Notes under the pieces: model-generated
The model's input: the letters and a program-made list of their open reading frames with translations, nothing else
What the model was told of the DNA's origin: nothing
Databases searched by the model: none
Assembly: GCA_951406725.2 (NCBI GenBank)
Contig: OX597816.1
Coordinates: 31,806,001-31,870,000 of the forward strand
Origin: Octopus vulgaris
Lineage: Eukaryota
Direction: 5' to 3'
DNA length: 64,000 bases
Shown here: positions 1 to 14,051 of the stretch, piece by piece
Layout: every line of letters begins with the position of its first letter
Numbering within the stretch: the stretch's first letter is position 1
Position numbers and translations under genes: made by a program

Positions 1-78
1 CTATTTCTAAACATGGGTATGTGGTAAAGCAATTTTTGCTGAACCCTAATTTATAATTATGCTTATAATTATAGAATT

Positions 79-116
<38 letters not shown>

Positions 117-1314
117 TGCGTACATGTAGGTGAGTATACATACCCACACACACATCAAATTCAATACACCAAAGAAAGAGCTATTGAAATTTTCATGGCT
201 TTCTGATATTTGAATAGCCATATTTATAAAATACGCCATGTATCTTACAAAAATCATTTGTGGTCAGCTTTGAAATGTGAAATATTAGGTGAACAAGTAA
301 AACTGTCAATAACATTTAGCCCTTACAACAGGATAAAATTAGATAATAAATATATAAGCTCTGCGTCATTACTAGTTATTCACTTAATCCTGGATTCTAT
401 CTGAACGACATATATAAGAACGCTTTATTTATCATGCTTTTCAAATTCACTTATTACTTTATATGTATATACATTTCTATATATGAATTTACATACATGT
501 ATATGTGTGTCGTGTATATATAAATGTATTTGCATTTACCAATGTGTATGAGTGTGTCTGTGTTAGCACATATATATCTGAACTGTGAAGGTAGAATATT
601 AATAAATGGTTTGAATTATAGCTATAACGGTAGAACGAAACCTTATTAGTGTTATGTAAGTGTTGTGCAATTGCTTTTTATTCACTTAACCCTGTTACTG
701 CGTCGAAAACATGGCTTGTACAAACTCAATTTGCCACAATTCAAAGAAATTCCATATTTCTAACCATATATAATGTGAAGTTTCTGAAAATTAAAAGCCA
801 TATGTCATTAGTCATAAGTATATATTATAAACACCGAAGCACATTTCGAAATCACAGCATTACATCCACCTTGTGATGCAAAAACCTGCTGCATCGTAAT
901 ATACATTACATTGGTTTCAAAAGATGTCCTTGTTTTCTTTTTTTTTTTAAATTATAATTCATATATATTTGCATTAAAAGAGTACTTATTTTGAGATTCA
1001 TAACGTGTAAATATGATTACCTGGCACTTTATGTTTGAATGCCGTTGACTAATCATGCGCATATATCTGTAATAAAGCTATTAAGAATTAAAATAGGTCC
1101 CGGTATCCTTTTTAAAATACTTGCAATGCTGGCGCAAATTTGCAAATTCTATCTAACATTTTCTGTGACATTATATGCCTGTGTGCGATTATATGTATAC
1201 GGACACATACATACACACACACACACATTTATATATATATACACACACACATACATATATATATATATGTATGTATACAACCACACACATGCTATATATA
1301 TGGATATGGTAAGA

Positions 1315-1331
1315 GATAGACATATAGATAA

Positions 1332-1393
<62 letters not shown>

Positions 1394-1486
1394 TGATTGA
1401 TTGATATATAGATAGATAGATAGATAGATAGAAAGAAAGAAAGATAGGTAGGTATGTAGATAGATAGAAAGATGGATAGATAGATA
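1315..1486. repeat. (AGAT)n tetranucleotide microsatellite
   Basis: Direct reading of agat/gata repeats with variants. Confidence 0.95.
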
Positions 1487-2686
1487 TGTCCATGTGAAGA
1501 AGTTATGCACAGAGAAATAGCTACGTAGATAGATATTTGATTTTACCTTTACTTACATCCTTATTATAACCGTATTTTTCTTTCGTTCAGCTTCTATTAT
1601 CGTTAACAAATGTTGAGAACATCAGAATCACCTCAGATGGAATAATCAGGTTGTAACCCCGTTATGGAAAAACAACTGAGAAAAAACTACGCATCAAAAA
1701 TACAGAATAATGTTATAATTAAATAACTTTGAAGAAGTATAAAGCAATCACGTATAAATGTTTTCAACGTAACGTGGAGAAAAGAAAATCATGAATAGCT
1801 TGAAACTCTTAAGGATATTATCGTTGAAAATATAATTAAATTTCTGGAATTTATATTAGTATTCTGTGCGCTTGAAACTCAAAGTGTAGGCAGTGAAGTG
1901 GCTTATCTTATGACAGTTTGTCTTCCATCGTCAATAGAATATGTGAACTGCTTCTAGAAATAAGCGACTTAGAGTTAACATAATTAACTGTAGTTAACAA
2001 CATTATTAAGCGTTAATGAAATTATAAACAAAATGTGGCAATATTGATTAATAATATTAAACTGACGACAAAAAGATGTGATTTTCCTAATATATTTTTT
2101 CTCATTCTAATAACATCCTCTAATAATGTTTGTATCTATTAACTAGTCGCATACACGGACACTCTTTCTCTATCCCTACTTATTTTTGTTTTTCTGTGCG
2201 TGTGTATGTGTAGGTGTTGTGAATTTGTTCTGCATTAATTTTCTTCTCGGAAATATCTTGGGATAATTATTGTAACATGTGTAGGTTATGTATTTAAATT
2301 GATAGCAATACAAGTATGTACATACGGGCCAACTACGACTGATATGCATAAGTTAGTTAACGTTAGACGTGACAATTGCTGAAGCAAATATATCTGAGCG
2401 CTCACCTGTATCAATTGAATTCTCAAAACAGCAGACTTATTTATTTATTTATTTTATTTTATTGATATTCTACATTTTTTTTAAACAAAATAGTGGCTGG
2501 TTACAAATTTCTAATATAGCAATCGTTTTATATATTCAGTACATACGGCAAAGTAATTATATAGAAGACGCTAGTTCTCATTGTAGTATTGCAAAATCAT
2601 TTTCATAGCATTTGATATCATGCAATAATACACATTCTCATATTTAAATACATATAGAAATATACATGTATACAGATAAATGTATG

Positions 2687-2734
<48 letters not shown>

Positions 2735-2736
<2 letters not shown>

Positions 2737-3711
2737 GTGCAATAAAGGGTGGAATATAATTAATTTAATAAAATTAATCAATTTCACCTAGTAGATTTAT
2801 CGGTATGGAAAAGACCATATTTGGTAAGGGTTATAATAATTATAATTAAGGGTTAAATGCAACAAGTTGCTCAAAACCACATACCGAAAATATTAGAAAT
2901 AGCAGCCAAAATTGATCACCATTTCCTCTACTAGTAAAAAGTCTCCACAAACAAACAGAATTTGTAAGCTGTAAATGGCAAAAAAAAGGGCAGAAAATAA
3001 CGAAATCCCAGCCTATGGATTAATTATAGACGACTCGTTTCTGGATTAGAACCGAAGGTTCATTTCCTTGTCAATATAATATTTCCTATAGATCTAGAAA
3101 TGCTAGGGGAAAAACTCACCCGTTACACCAATACGACCAGCGACATCGGACGGTCTAACAGAACTGCTAGCATTCCTACACCTATACCGACATGCGAATT
3201 CATATTTCCCTCCAAAAATTTACCACGTGAGCTACAAAAACATTACCAACAAACGAAAAATTCGTAGATAACTTGTAAGGGAGCAAAAGTATTCAATATG
3301 CAATAAAGGGTGGAATATAATTAATTTAATAAAATTAATCAATTTCACCTAGTAGATTTATTGGTATGGAAAAGACCATATTTGGTAAGGGTTATAATAA
3401 TTATAATTAAGGGTTAAATGCAACAAGTTGCTCAAAACCACATACCGAAAATATTAGAAATAGCAGCCAAAATTGATCACCATTTCCTCTACTAGTAAAA
3501 AGTCTCCACAAACAAACAGAATTTGTAAGCTGTATATGGCAAGAAAAGGCAGAAAATAACGAAATCCCAGCCTATGGATTAATTATAGACGACTCGTTTC
3601 TGGATGTGGAGACTTTTTACTAGTAGAGGAAATGGTGATCAATTTTGGCTGCTATTTCTAATATTTTCGGTATGTGGTTTTGAGCAACTTGTTGCATTTA
3701 ACCATTAATTA

Positions 3712-3718
<7 letters not shown>
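2735..3718 (-). mobile_element. Penelope pLTR-like / retrozyme-like non-coding element: about 1.5 direct copies of a 561-bp unit plus a terminal inverted segment, inserted in (TA)n
   Basis: tgcaataaagggtgg occurs at 2738 and 3299. 3605-3718 is the reverse complement of about 2838-2949. (TA)n lies on both sides. Contains a degenerate hammerhead at 3023-3080. Confidence 0.75.
3023..3080 (-). ncRNA. Degenerate type I hammerhead ribozyme
   Basis: Minus strand reads attata-TTGACAA-gga..gaacc ttc ggttc..tcc-a-GAAA-cgagtcg-TC-tataat. Stem I is a perfect 6 bp, but the CUGANGA box carries two substitutions. Confidence 0.55.
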
Positions 3719-3774
<56 letters not shown>

Positions 3775-3781
3775 GTGTGTA

Positions 3782-4036
3782 TCTATAAAAAGCATGATAA
3801 TGATGTGTGTGTGTGTGTGTACGTGAATGTAATTTATGCACGTCCGAAAATTAGCACGTGTGTCTCTCCATTTATAGGAGGACATTCGTCATGATCTAAG
3901 TAGAATAGTAGAATTACCGTCAAATTCTTTTTCCCTAGGCACCCACGGGTAGCGGTAAAAATTGATTTTCATCCGTAACTTTTAATAATTTTGAAGTTTG
4001 CTAACATGAGTTAAGTCCGAATGTGTGTGTGTATGT

Positions 4037-4073
<37 letters not shown>

Positions 4074-6778
4074 GTTGTGTTGATGTATGTGTGTGTGAGG
4101 GAGAGAGAATTGCGTGTTGATGTATGTATGTGTGTGTGTGAGGGTGAGAAAGAGAGAGAAAGAAAGAGAGAGAGAGAGAGAGGTGACAGCGTTCACTAAA
4201 AATTAAAAGGTAAAACGTTTTCTTTTTCTTAAACACGAGATATAGTATTCAAATTTAGGATGTTTTTGAAATACACTATATTTTATAATTAGATTATATA
4301 TATTTTCTCAAAGAAGAATTAAAATATATTTATTTTAAATCATTTATTTATTTTAAATCGTTCAGCTTTCTCCCCCTCTCTCTCTCTCTCTCTCAAACAC
4401 ACATTACTTTGGGTGAGAAAGAGATTAGTTTTTATTTTACGCCGACGAAAAAAATGTTTTGTTGAGAATCCATATATTTAACAACAGCAACAAAGAGGTA
4501 AGAATTCGTCAGTGAAATACACACTAAAAATGGGTAAAATTTGCGAGGCTCCAACCCACCCCACTTCAATACTCGGACCAGAAAAAGTGTTTGTAACATA
4601 TTAAAAGGCCAGGGTAGTTGATTCAAGTGAAAAAAACCGCCTTTTTTCTTGGTGAAAATTGTGATGTCTAATGTTTTGCCAGGAGATTTTCATGTTAAAT
4701 TTGAGATTTAAAAAAAAATGTTTTCAATATTCTTAATCTCCGTATTCTTCTACGTAAATTGAAACATAGATGGTAAAATGATCAATGGGTATGGTGGGGG
4801 GTGAAATTTCCGAGGCTTCCACCACACCACATCCCGTTTTTCGGACCACAGAAAGGGTTTCGTTGCCCAATTATTAATTGATTGCAGCAAAAAATCCGAT
4901 TTCTTTTTTCTTAGTGAAAATCGTGCAAGTGTTACTCTAAAAAATTACCAACCTTTTTTCCTTTCATTTCTGTTTATGAAATTCTCTGTGCGTAATTTTG
5001 CTTTCCCAGTGGTCAAGGAAAATGATGACTGGCAAAGCAACAGTACCCTAATGCTGATATTGCATATAATGACCTGATCTAAAATAATGCACTGATTGAA
5101 ATCAAGAATTCCTGCTCAAAATGGGTGGGGCGGCTTTGAACATATTCGGTTTGCCATCTTGATTGCGACAGGAAGCTAACACTCTCCCACCAAAGTTACT
5201 TCTGGTGTGGTCGTATGACGCTGATGGCCTTGCCGAATACCTGGGAGTTAATGAACCGAAATTGATCCCTGATCAGTATCGTTGAAAAACAGGCGGGTGG
5301 CATTTTCCTCGTTGCTGCTAGAGGTACCGGAAAATCCTTTGTAACACAATACTTGCAAAGATTCGTTGCGAGAAACAAATTGCGCTAGCCGCTACTTCCT
5401 CAAGAATCGCAGCTACGTTATTGCCAGGAGATAGAACTGCACACTCGGCATTCAAGCTGCCTTTACATTTGGTGATGGGCGAGGTTCCTGCTTGCAACAT
5501 TGCCAAAAATTCAGAGGAAACTGAAGTTCTTAGACAGTGCTGTCTTATTGTATTGGGACGAATGCAGAATGACAAATATGGGTGCCCTTGAGGCACTGGA
5601 CTGGTCGCTGTCATCCCTAAATGTAGCCGGGCTGATGAAGTGCGCGCATGCCTTAAGTCATCCACATTCTGGATCCAGGGTATAACCTTAAACCTAAGCA
5701 TAGACATTCGTGCGCATTTGCTTGGTGATGGCACTTCTGCATATTTAGCTGCGGACATTTTAGCACTTGGAAATGATAAGATCCCTAAGAATGATAGGGG
5801 CGACTTATCCATCTCTGAACTGTGCAACGACATGGAAAACCATCCCAATCATTTGGAAACAGTGTTTCCCAATCTAGAATGTAATTATGCAGACATCAAT
5901 TGGCTCAGGGAAAAACCATCCTAGCCCCAAAATACGTAGCTGTCAGTGCAATCAATGACCAGCACATAAGCCGAATTCCAGCGTATCTACAAATTGATTG
6001 ACCGGACCTATGGGCCCCAAGACGTTGTCAATTACCCTATCGAGTTTCTCAAGAAATTGGAGCCAGCAGGGCTCCGCCTCACATTCTGAGACTAAGGGTT
6101 GAATACCCAATTATGCTAATCAGAAACTTGCTTCCGCTTAAACGGGGCAAGAGGACCCGCTTAGAAATGAATTCCCTGACGCACCACTTGATTACGCCCC
6201 ATTCGTACAGAGTGCGAGAGGGGTGAAAATGTTTTCATTTCAATGATGCAGCTTTATCCATCGGGGTCAGACATACCGTTTAACTTCAGCAGATCACAGT
6301 TCCCAGTGCGCCCATGCCTCGCCCTGTCCATCAACTAATCCCAAGGTCAAACACTGTCGGTGACAGGCATCCACTTGGGGTTTTCCAATCAAACACGATA
6401 AATAAAATTGATAAATCGATTCCTTATAGGATTTTCCACCAAAATTGACTACCCCACATTTTCAACTATAACTTTTACCAATGTTGACATATTTTTTTCT
6501 TAAACTTGATGCCAGCATTATTTAGGGCTCAAGGGACCTTTGTATGGTTTAAGTTCTCAAAAAATGAAAAAAAAAAAAAAACAATCGATGAGTGAAAACA
6601 ATCGATAAATTGATTTCCCATTCAAATTGCCTGCAACATATTTTCAGCCAAATGTTTACAAATCTCAACGGATGTCGCACAAATTCGATGTCGCTGTCAC
6701 TTACTTTGGTTTGAAATAACGCGCTTCATCACATAATAATCCTAATTTAATCCCGGCCAACACTGGGCTATACTGTAT
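3782..6778 (+). mobile_element. Internally deleted, decayed Helitron
   Basis: Putative 5' A|TC (atctataaaaagc), a PIF1 helicase remnant inside, and a 3' hairpin cccggccaacactggg at 6752-6767 followed by a degenerate terminus that resembles the end of the non-autonomous Helitron at 61345. Confidence 0.6.
5300..6378 (+). pseudogene. Helitron RepHel PIF1-family helicase remnant (frameshifts and stops)
   Basis: Motifs in shifting frames: RGTGKS (Walker A), AATSSRIAATLLPGDRTAHSAFKLP, WDEC (Walker B), SQFPVRPCLALSIN*SQGQTL. Confidence 0.9.
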
Positions 6779-7742
6779 GTATACATGTATGTAAAAGAGG
6801 GGGATTCAAAGGCACGCAAGAGAAAAGAACAATTCGAAGCACAGGCAAAAAGAAAAGAAAAACACTGGTCATACTTGCCTTTTTTCATCAGGCAAGTCCC
6901 AGAATTTACGACCATTTCGGGCAGTTACACTTGAGATGCTTCGATATGCTAAGAGTATTAGACCTCTTTGTAAGAAAGCTAGAGAATGTATACGGCAACA
7001 AAGACAAAAAACGTAGAACATGGTACACAAAGAGACGAAAAATGGAGAACATGGTACGAATACAAACAACAAGTAAATAGCAACAGACGTCTTGAGCTGG
7101 CATATATGAAGTGAATGCAGGAATATGGGAGATGGACACCAGCGGTATTCACGGTCGGCAGTCAGGACAACAAAGAAAGATCATGGCTGGCCAGACACTG
7201 GACACGTGGAAGGAGGGGAGATTGGTAAGGGACAGCGGGATTGGAGGATTAGAAAAAAAAATTAGTGCCAAAGGGAAACAAGATGAAAGGTTAAAGTGAA
7301 TTAGACAGCGTGATTTATTCAGAGAAGGAAGTTTTCTTCAGTAAAACGAGGGATTTTTGTCCACATGTTTACATTTACTAGCAGAAAAAATAGGATCTGG
7401 AATTTGTTAAACCCATGGAAATAATTAAGGCAGTATCAATATAAGACCTGCACGCTAAACGTGAACTACACCTGTGTGATGATTTAACAAATAGCTTGTA
7501 TTTAACCAACTTGATCCAGCAGATGCTATGTGGTGCTGTCTTCGGATTCCAATACCATACATCGTTAGGTAACGTTATGGTTTCCTTCTCAACCATATCA
7601 CATTAACAAAATCACTATCTTCTTTGCTTCCTTGGGAATAGTGATATGTCTTCGGCTTCAGATAAGAGCTGATCAAGCACAATAGGTACTCATGTCAATG
7701 TGCATACATTTATGTGCATTTATGTGTACATAAATACATCGA

Positions 7743-7798
<56 letters not shown>

Positions 7799-7828
7799 AA
7801 TCTATACAAACACAAATATATATGTATG

Positions 7829-7865
<37 letters not shown>

Positions 7866-8367
7866 CCTACATACATATATATGTAGAATGTAAATAGATA
7901 CGTACATACACAGGCAAAGACACAGACATACACACATTCATTTATTGCAGTACATATGCATGTATGTTGGTAGCTAAATATGCATAATTCATGTATGCAC
8001 GTACAAATTTATGTATACGGAGGTGGATATTTATGCATACAGGAATATAAAAATGCGTATACGTGAGAGCCTACAGTGACTTATAGGGATATGGGAAATT
8101 TTTTTATCAAAGTAGTAACCACGATTAATATAGACACGGAACAGTACCAAATTTGTCCGCTGGGAGAAACATAATTCTTACGTCACTAGGAAAGCACTGC
8201 AACAGTCGAACACACATTCATACTTTTATCTCTGAGCCAGTTTTTTTCTGTACATTATATGTATTAAGATATATTATACCCTTATGTGTGTGTGGATAGA
8301 CACACCTATATGTATTTATATATATATATATATATATATATACTATGTGTGTGTGGATAGACATACT

Positions 8368-8408
<41 letters not shown>

Positions 8409-8443
8409 TCATGTGTGTATGGATAGACATACCTATATATATA

Positions 8444-8512
<69 letters not shown>

Positions 8513-8516
<4 letters not shown>

Positions 8517-8602
8517 TAGCTCAGATACCAGGAAAACCCAAATTGCCAGAAATTGAATAGATAGTATTCATGAGTACTGCCCATAACCTACCTGAAATAC
8601 TA
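8513..8602 (+). mobile_element. Short 3' fragment of R4/Dong-clade family A
   Basis: Encodes [14 protein letters not shown], matching the C-terminus YLTQIPGNPKMAEV of the 17248-21066 ORF. Confidence 0.8.
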
Positions 8603-9012
8603 CGTGAAATGTATAAATACATACACACACACAAACACATATATACGTTTTTTTATACATATACACATATTTAAACAGACGTGAGGACACACTTGTATAT
8701 ATACGGACGAAAATGATCTGCTAATGCCACTGCCGTATTTGTTTATTAAAATTATGCATTAATGCGCATATTGTCTTTCGGGCGCTATCTGTATCGTCAT
8801 TCACTTTAAAATATCAAATAAATTGCGCTATTTCATCATTGCAAATTTAACTGTGAAAATTATATTTAACACACAGCGGAACACATATATCTTCTTACAT
8901 CGACGTAGAAATGCATACATGGTCACATATGTGTACATGCTTAGGTATATGCATGTCTTTCTTTGTGTCTGCTTCTGGAGTGTTCGTGTGCATAAATATA
9001 TACATGTACATA

Positions 9013-9098
<86 letters not shown>

Positions 9099-10818
9099 TA
9101 TGTATGCATGTATATATATATGTATATGTATACTTATGTGCGTGTGTGGTTTTGCGTATATAAAGATATATATTCAATTGTATGTGTGTGGATGCGTGTA
9201 TTGATGTGAGAGTATGCGTGTGTCTATGCTTCTGTTTGCATATATTAAGATATATGATAGATGTTTACTTTTCTCTAAAATTTGTCAATCCAATTACTAT
9301 ATAGAATTTAGGTGTTATATTCTACGACTTCCTGTGCATTAATTCTAGTCTGTTGAGTCCATTGCACCTATAGTATAAATATTATTGCAGATAAGACTTA
9401 CATAACACTTCAGTAAATGCGAGATAAATCCCGAAAATCTCTGGCAAAATTGTGTTCTATGAGATATAAGAAGTAGCAGTCAGAGGAGGTAACATATACT
9501 GAATAACCAGAGGAGTTAAGCAAGCTATGATTCATGAGTGGTGTCAAGGAAGCGGTCAAAAGAAAAACGGAAAATAAGAGATATGGATTATCAAGGATAA
9601 ACGTGACGCAAATCGAAATAAAATTCAAGAAGGAAACGAATAGATAAAAGAAAGTGAAAACATTTATATCACACGGAATATGAAAGTGATATGATTAGGT
9701 ATATTTCAAAATATATGTGCTGAGAGAAAGTGATTGCAGGAAGCAAGTGATGAAATGAAAACGAGAATATATTCCTGGTGAAACGAAGAGAATTCTATGA
9801 CATTGTAGGAGAAATTGTCAGTAATGCAACATGAGGGCGTGAAAGTAAAAGGGACATTTGAATGAAAATGTTGCTTAAATATGACATTGACTATTACTTT
9901 GTCTTTCAAATATAAATAATATTTGGTGAAATTCTAAAGAAGGCCAACTGCGTAGTTACTTTTGCGAATAACCTCCTTTTTAAATACGGTGTTTCTTTTT
10001 ATAAAGGGTGTAGAAATTAAACAAAGTTAGTATGAATAACCCGTTCACCTTTTGGAAATAATATGGTGAGTTCATTGAATGCATAGACAAACATACAACG
10101 ATGAACATTCCTTATGAAGATGATTGTATTTAAGAAGGGAATATCCGTTTTATTAAACAACTTTCTGAAATATTACCAGTACACACACACAAACAAACAC
10201 ATGCTCACACACATACCATAATATCCATTATATAGCTAACATTTGTTTAAATTCTCAAATTCCACTTTGATATTTCCCTTTGTTACGGTTTGATATTCCT
10301 TCGCCTTATACATATTTCGGGAAAGAATGGGTGGATATATGACATTTGATATAAATTCCTCAATTGGAGAACATATTCATTTTGTATTATGAGTTACGTA
10401 CGATACGCAGTGATATAAACGCATTTTGCATACTTGATCATGCATTTCTCTGTAAGTATCACCTGTTTTAGACACCATGCATAATAAATACTTGGCTTAA
10501 TGTCTTGCTACTTCTATCAGAATGTATAGATTATCATAATCCATAATATAAATGCAAATAAAAACAATCAAGGTTTGAGAGGATAGAATACATTGTGTAA
10601 AATACACTGGGGGCATTAATAGCTCCACAGCCATTTGGTTTTCAAAATTATTATACAATTGATGTATTGTGCTATTAAGCATATAATATGTATTTTGTGT
10701 ATCGCATGAAATGATTATTAATAATGTACGAGTATCTTTTCATCAGTGTCTTTATTCTACATCCTGAAATGTTTGAATATTTCAGATTCATCCTACATTC
10801 TTTGCTAAACTGTTTACC

Positions 10819-10872
<54 letters not shown>

Positions 10873-10915
10873 TCTGTTGTGTCTGGGGAGAGTCATTTTC
10901 TTTTTGTGCAAAAAA

Positions 10916-10958
<43 letters not shown>

Positions 10959-11945
10959 TGCTTTATATCTCCCGTTTAACACAAGAACTGATGAATGTCA
11001 CTCTAACGAACATAACGTAGGTCTACATAGTTTATTTTGTAACTGAAATTTACAGATAATTCGTGGATTTTTGTTATAATTAAAGTAATACAAGAAGCCA
11101 ATTTATATAGACATGGTTATGTCGGTGCTTTCTGTTAATCTTTATTGTGCCAGCTGTCCTCTAAAATAATTTTGTAAGAAATCCTCATGATATCTATAAA
11201 CATCGAGCAATTTGACCGACATCAGACGAAGAATGATTATCAGAAGAAATGCATTTTAATAGTAAGATATGACCTCCGGCGACTTGTTTTTGGAAGAAGA
11301 ATTGTATATTTGGGGTCGAATTAATGTTAAGTTTTGAGAAAGAATATAATGACGGAAAATATGAATATGCATAAAATTTGATTATGTAGAATATTTTATA
11401 TGAACTATGTATTTTAGAGACATAATTACAATAATTCAAAGCGGTTTTACATGCCTCAAACTTTCAATTCACCAAAATATACGATTATCTTGTAATGTTT
11501 CACAAAAGCCGGAGCATGTTTTTCTTCCAGATCTTGTTTCATTTACGTATGTTGTAAATTCTTTTAAATATGAAATCAGGTAAACACGTTCCTTCTTCTT
11601 GTTCTGTTGCCACAAGTTCTTATCTATGATTAAAGCAGTAGATGAACTAACGTAAATCTGCAGATTGCGAGATTGCTGATGTTTTAAGATATAGATACGT
11701 TCGTGTCCCACTCGGACAAGAAAGTATGATTTGCTTCTGTAACTCAAATGTGTGTGCAAATCGTTCGGTATTTTTTGAACGGAAGGATACGGAGGTTAGA
11801 GAGTGTACTATGAAGCAAGATATTAAGAAATTATGAATTCATTGTGATCGTTTCTCAAATGCAACATAATTATTAGACTATAAACTATATTTTACAGTAA
11901 TTTACACAAGTGATAACATGATTAATAATGTTTGTGTGTGAGGTG

Positions 11946-11994
<49 letters not shown>

Positions 11995-12018
11995 ATTATG
12001 TATATATGAATACACACA

Positions 12019-12096
<78 letters not shown>

Positions 12097-12714
12097 TCAA
12101 AATTAAGATTATTATATCATTTGGTTGCAAAGAAATGATATGCATTTATGTTCACGAAATATTGAAGTTAATTATGCTCAATTGTTTAATTAATTTATCA
12201 AGTCTACATCAGCTTTCATATACATAGGAATTTGAGAAATACACTTTCATACTTGAACACATAATTTTTCTTGGCACTAAGAGGTTTCATAGTGTGCAAA
12301 AATATATTATTTGATGAGAACTGACTGAAAATATATTGTTTCCCTAATCAAAATTTGCACTTTCTTAGCAAGACATTTACAGAGACGAGAGAAACATGTA
12401 CTAATTACCCGCTATTTAGACACAGATCAATGTCCGGTTAAGATAGCAACAACTCACATTCTTTAATTCCTGAAATTGTGATGGAGAATACCTGTCACTA
12501 TCAATGGTGCATGAGCTGAGCTGATTAATTTAGTGAAAACCCTACTAATCTTTCCATTTCACTACTCGTTCGTCTCATAATCATTAGACTAATTCTTTAT
12601 AGCATTAGAAGTCACTGTAATCTAACCAGGAAACTCAACGAATAAAACTACTGTGTCCAGTGGTCTTTATAACTGTCTAAATCGCAACCCATTCAATTAC
12701 AGTCGTTAATTATT

Positions 12715-12778
12715 AGCATTATTTTTGTTATTGTTGTTGTTGTTGTTATTATTATTATTATTATCCTTGTTATTATTA

Positions 12779-12846
<68 letters not shown>
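12715..12846. repeat. (TTA)n microsatellite
   Basis: Direct reading. Confidence 0.95.
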
Positions 12847-13357
12847 GAGTGAGAGAGCAGTGCATGCCATCAAAGTGACACTGGGGTAAAATATACGAAG
12901 CCCAATATACCCATCATGACTACCCGTCTGATAAAGGTACACCAGGCACATGCATCACAACCATATGTGCGCGACATGGTGATCTCATATCAAGATAAAT
13001 AGCACATGACCTTGCAGGTGGGGTCCAGTTAGAATTTTCTTCAGGTTGAGTAGCCCATCCCGCTCAAACGGTCCCTGAATAAGGGATGTTTAAGGATGTT
13101 GAAAGAACCACCCATGTTTCCAGAGGTGAATTATTCAAACCCCAAAGAATCCCTCTCAACACATGGCTATGATGCTCCCCCACTACTTCTGCTCGTGATC
13201 AGAGATGCACATATCGTCAGCCACTAAGGGACATGCTCAACTGGTTAAGGTCAAACAACTGACAAGCAAATCTGTGGCATTGAGCAGAATATTTGCTGTA
13301 GCCCATTCCAATCAGTTAAGATCAGAAGCCATGAGAGCCACTGCCTGGTACTGCATC
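12847..13357 (-). mobile_element. Interspersed repeat of about 500 bp between (TTA)n tracts, probably a long 3' UTR or non-autonomous derivative of a TAA-associated retroelement (family D)
   Basis: A second, diverged copy at 44721-45180 shares the same left boundary (gagtgagagagca) next to a triplet tract. A short related piece lies at about 42982-43015. No long ORF. Confidence 0.65.
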
Positions 13358-13358
13358 A

Positions 13359-13397
<39 letters not shown>

Positions 13398-13442
13398 GTA
13401 TTATCATTATTATTATTACTACTATTATTATTATTATTATTA

Positions 13443-13515
<73 letters not shown>

Positions 13516-13580
13516 CATCATCATCATCATCATCATCAACATCATCAACATCATCGTCATCAATATTATTATTAATATTA
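13358..13580. repeat. (ATT)n/(ATC)n microsatellite
   Basis: Direct reading. Confidence 0.95.
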
Positions 13581-13587
13581 TATATAG

Positions 13588-13988
13588 GCTTAGGAATGGA
13601 TGTGTGATAAGTAGCTTGCTTACGAACCACATGGTTCGCGGTTCAATCCCAATGCGTGACATCTTGGGCAAGTTTCTTCTACTATAGCCTCGAACCGATC
13701 AAAGCTTTGTGAGGGGATTTGGTAGGCGGAAACTGAAAGAAACCCGTCGTTTATTTGTGTATATATATATGTATGTGTGTGTGTGTCTGTGTTTGTCCTC
13801 CCAACATCACTTGACAACAGATGCTGGTGTGCTACGTCCCCGTAACTTAGCGGTTCGGCCAAATAAACCGATAGAATAAGTACTAGGCTTACAAAGAATA
13901 AGTCATGGGGTCGATGTGCTCGCCTAAAGACAGTGCCCCAGCATGGCCACAGTCAAATGATAGAAACAAGTAAAAAGTAAAGAGTAAA
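13588..13988 (+). mobile_element. tRNA-derived SINE
   Basis: A-box-like tggatgtgtgat, B box ggttcaatcc, internal (TG)n, 3' gtgccccagcatggccacag and an A-rich (agtaaa)n tail. The same 3' end recurs at 57841-57907. Confidence 0.8.
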
Positions 13989-13993
13989 TTGAA

Positions 13994-14051
<58 letters not shown>

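Noticed and set aside
6880-6925. Minus-strand gaaatggtcgta...ctgatga, a possible type II hammerhead
   Set aside because: The intervening sequence does not form stem I and the flanks do not form a convincing stem II.
69-13690. Numerous short ORFs of YIYI, YLSI, poly-I or poly-N type (also at 24-28 kb, 35 kb, 41-42 kb, 47 kb and 57 kb)
   Set aside because: These are translations of stop-free microsatellites, not genes.
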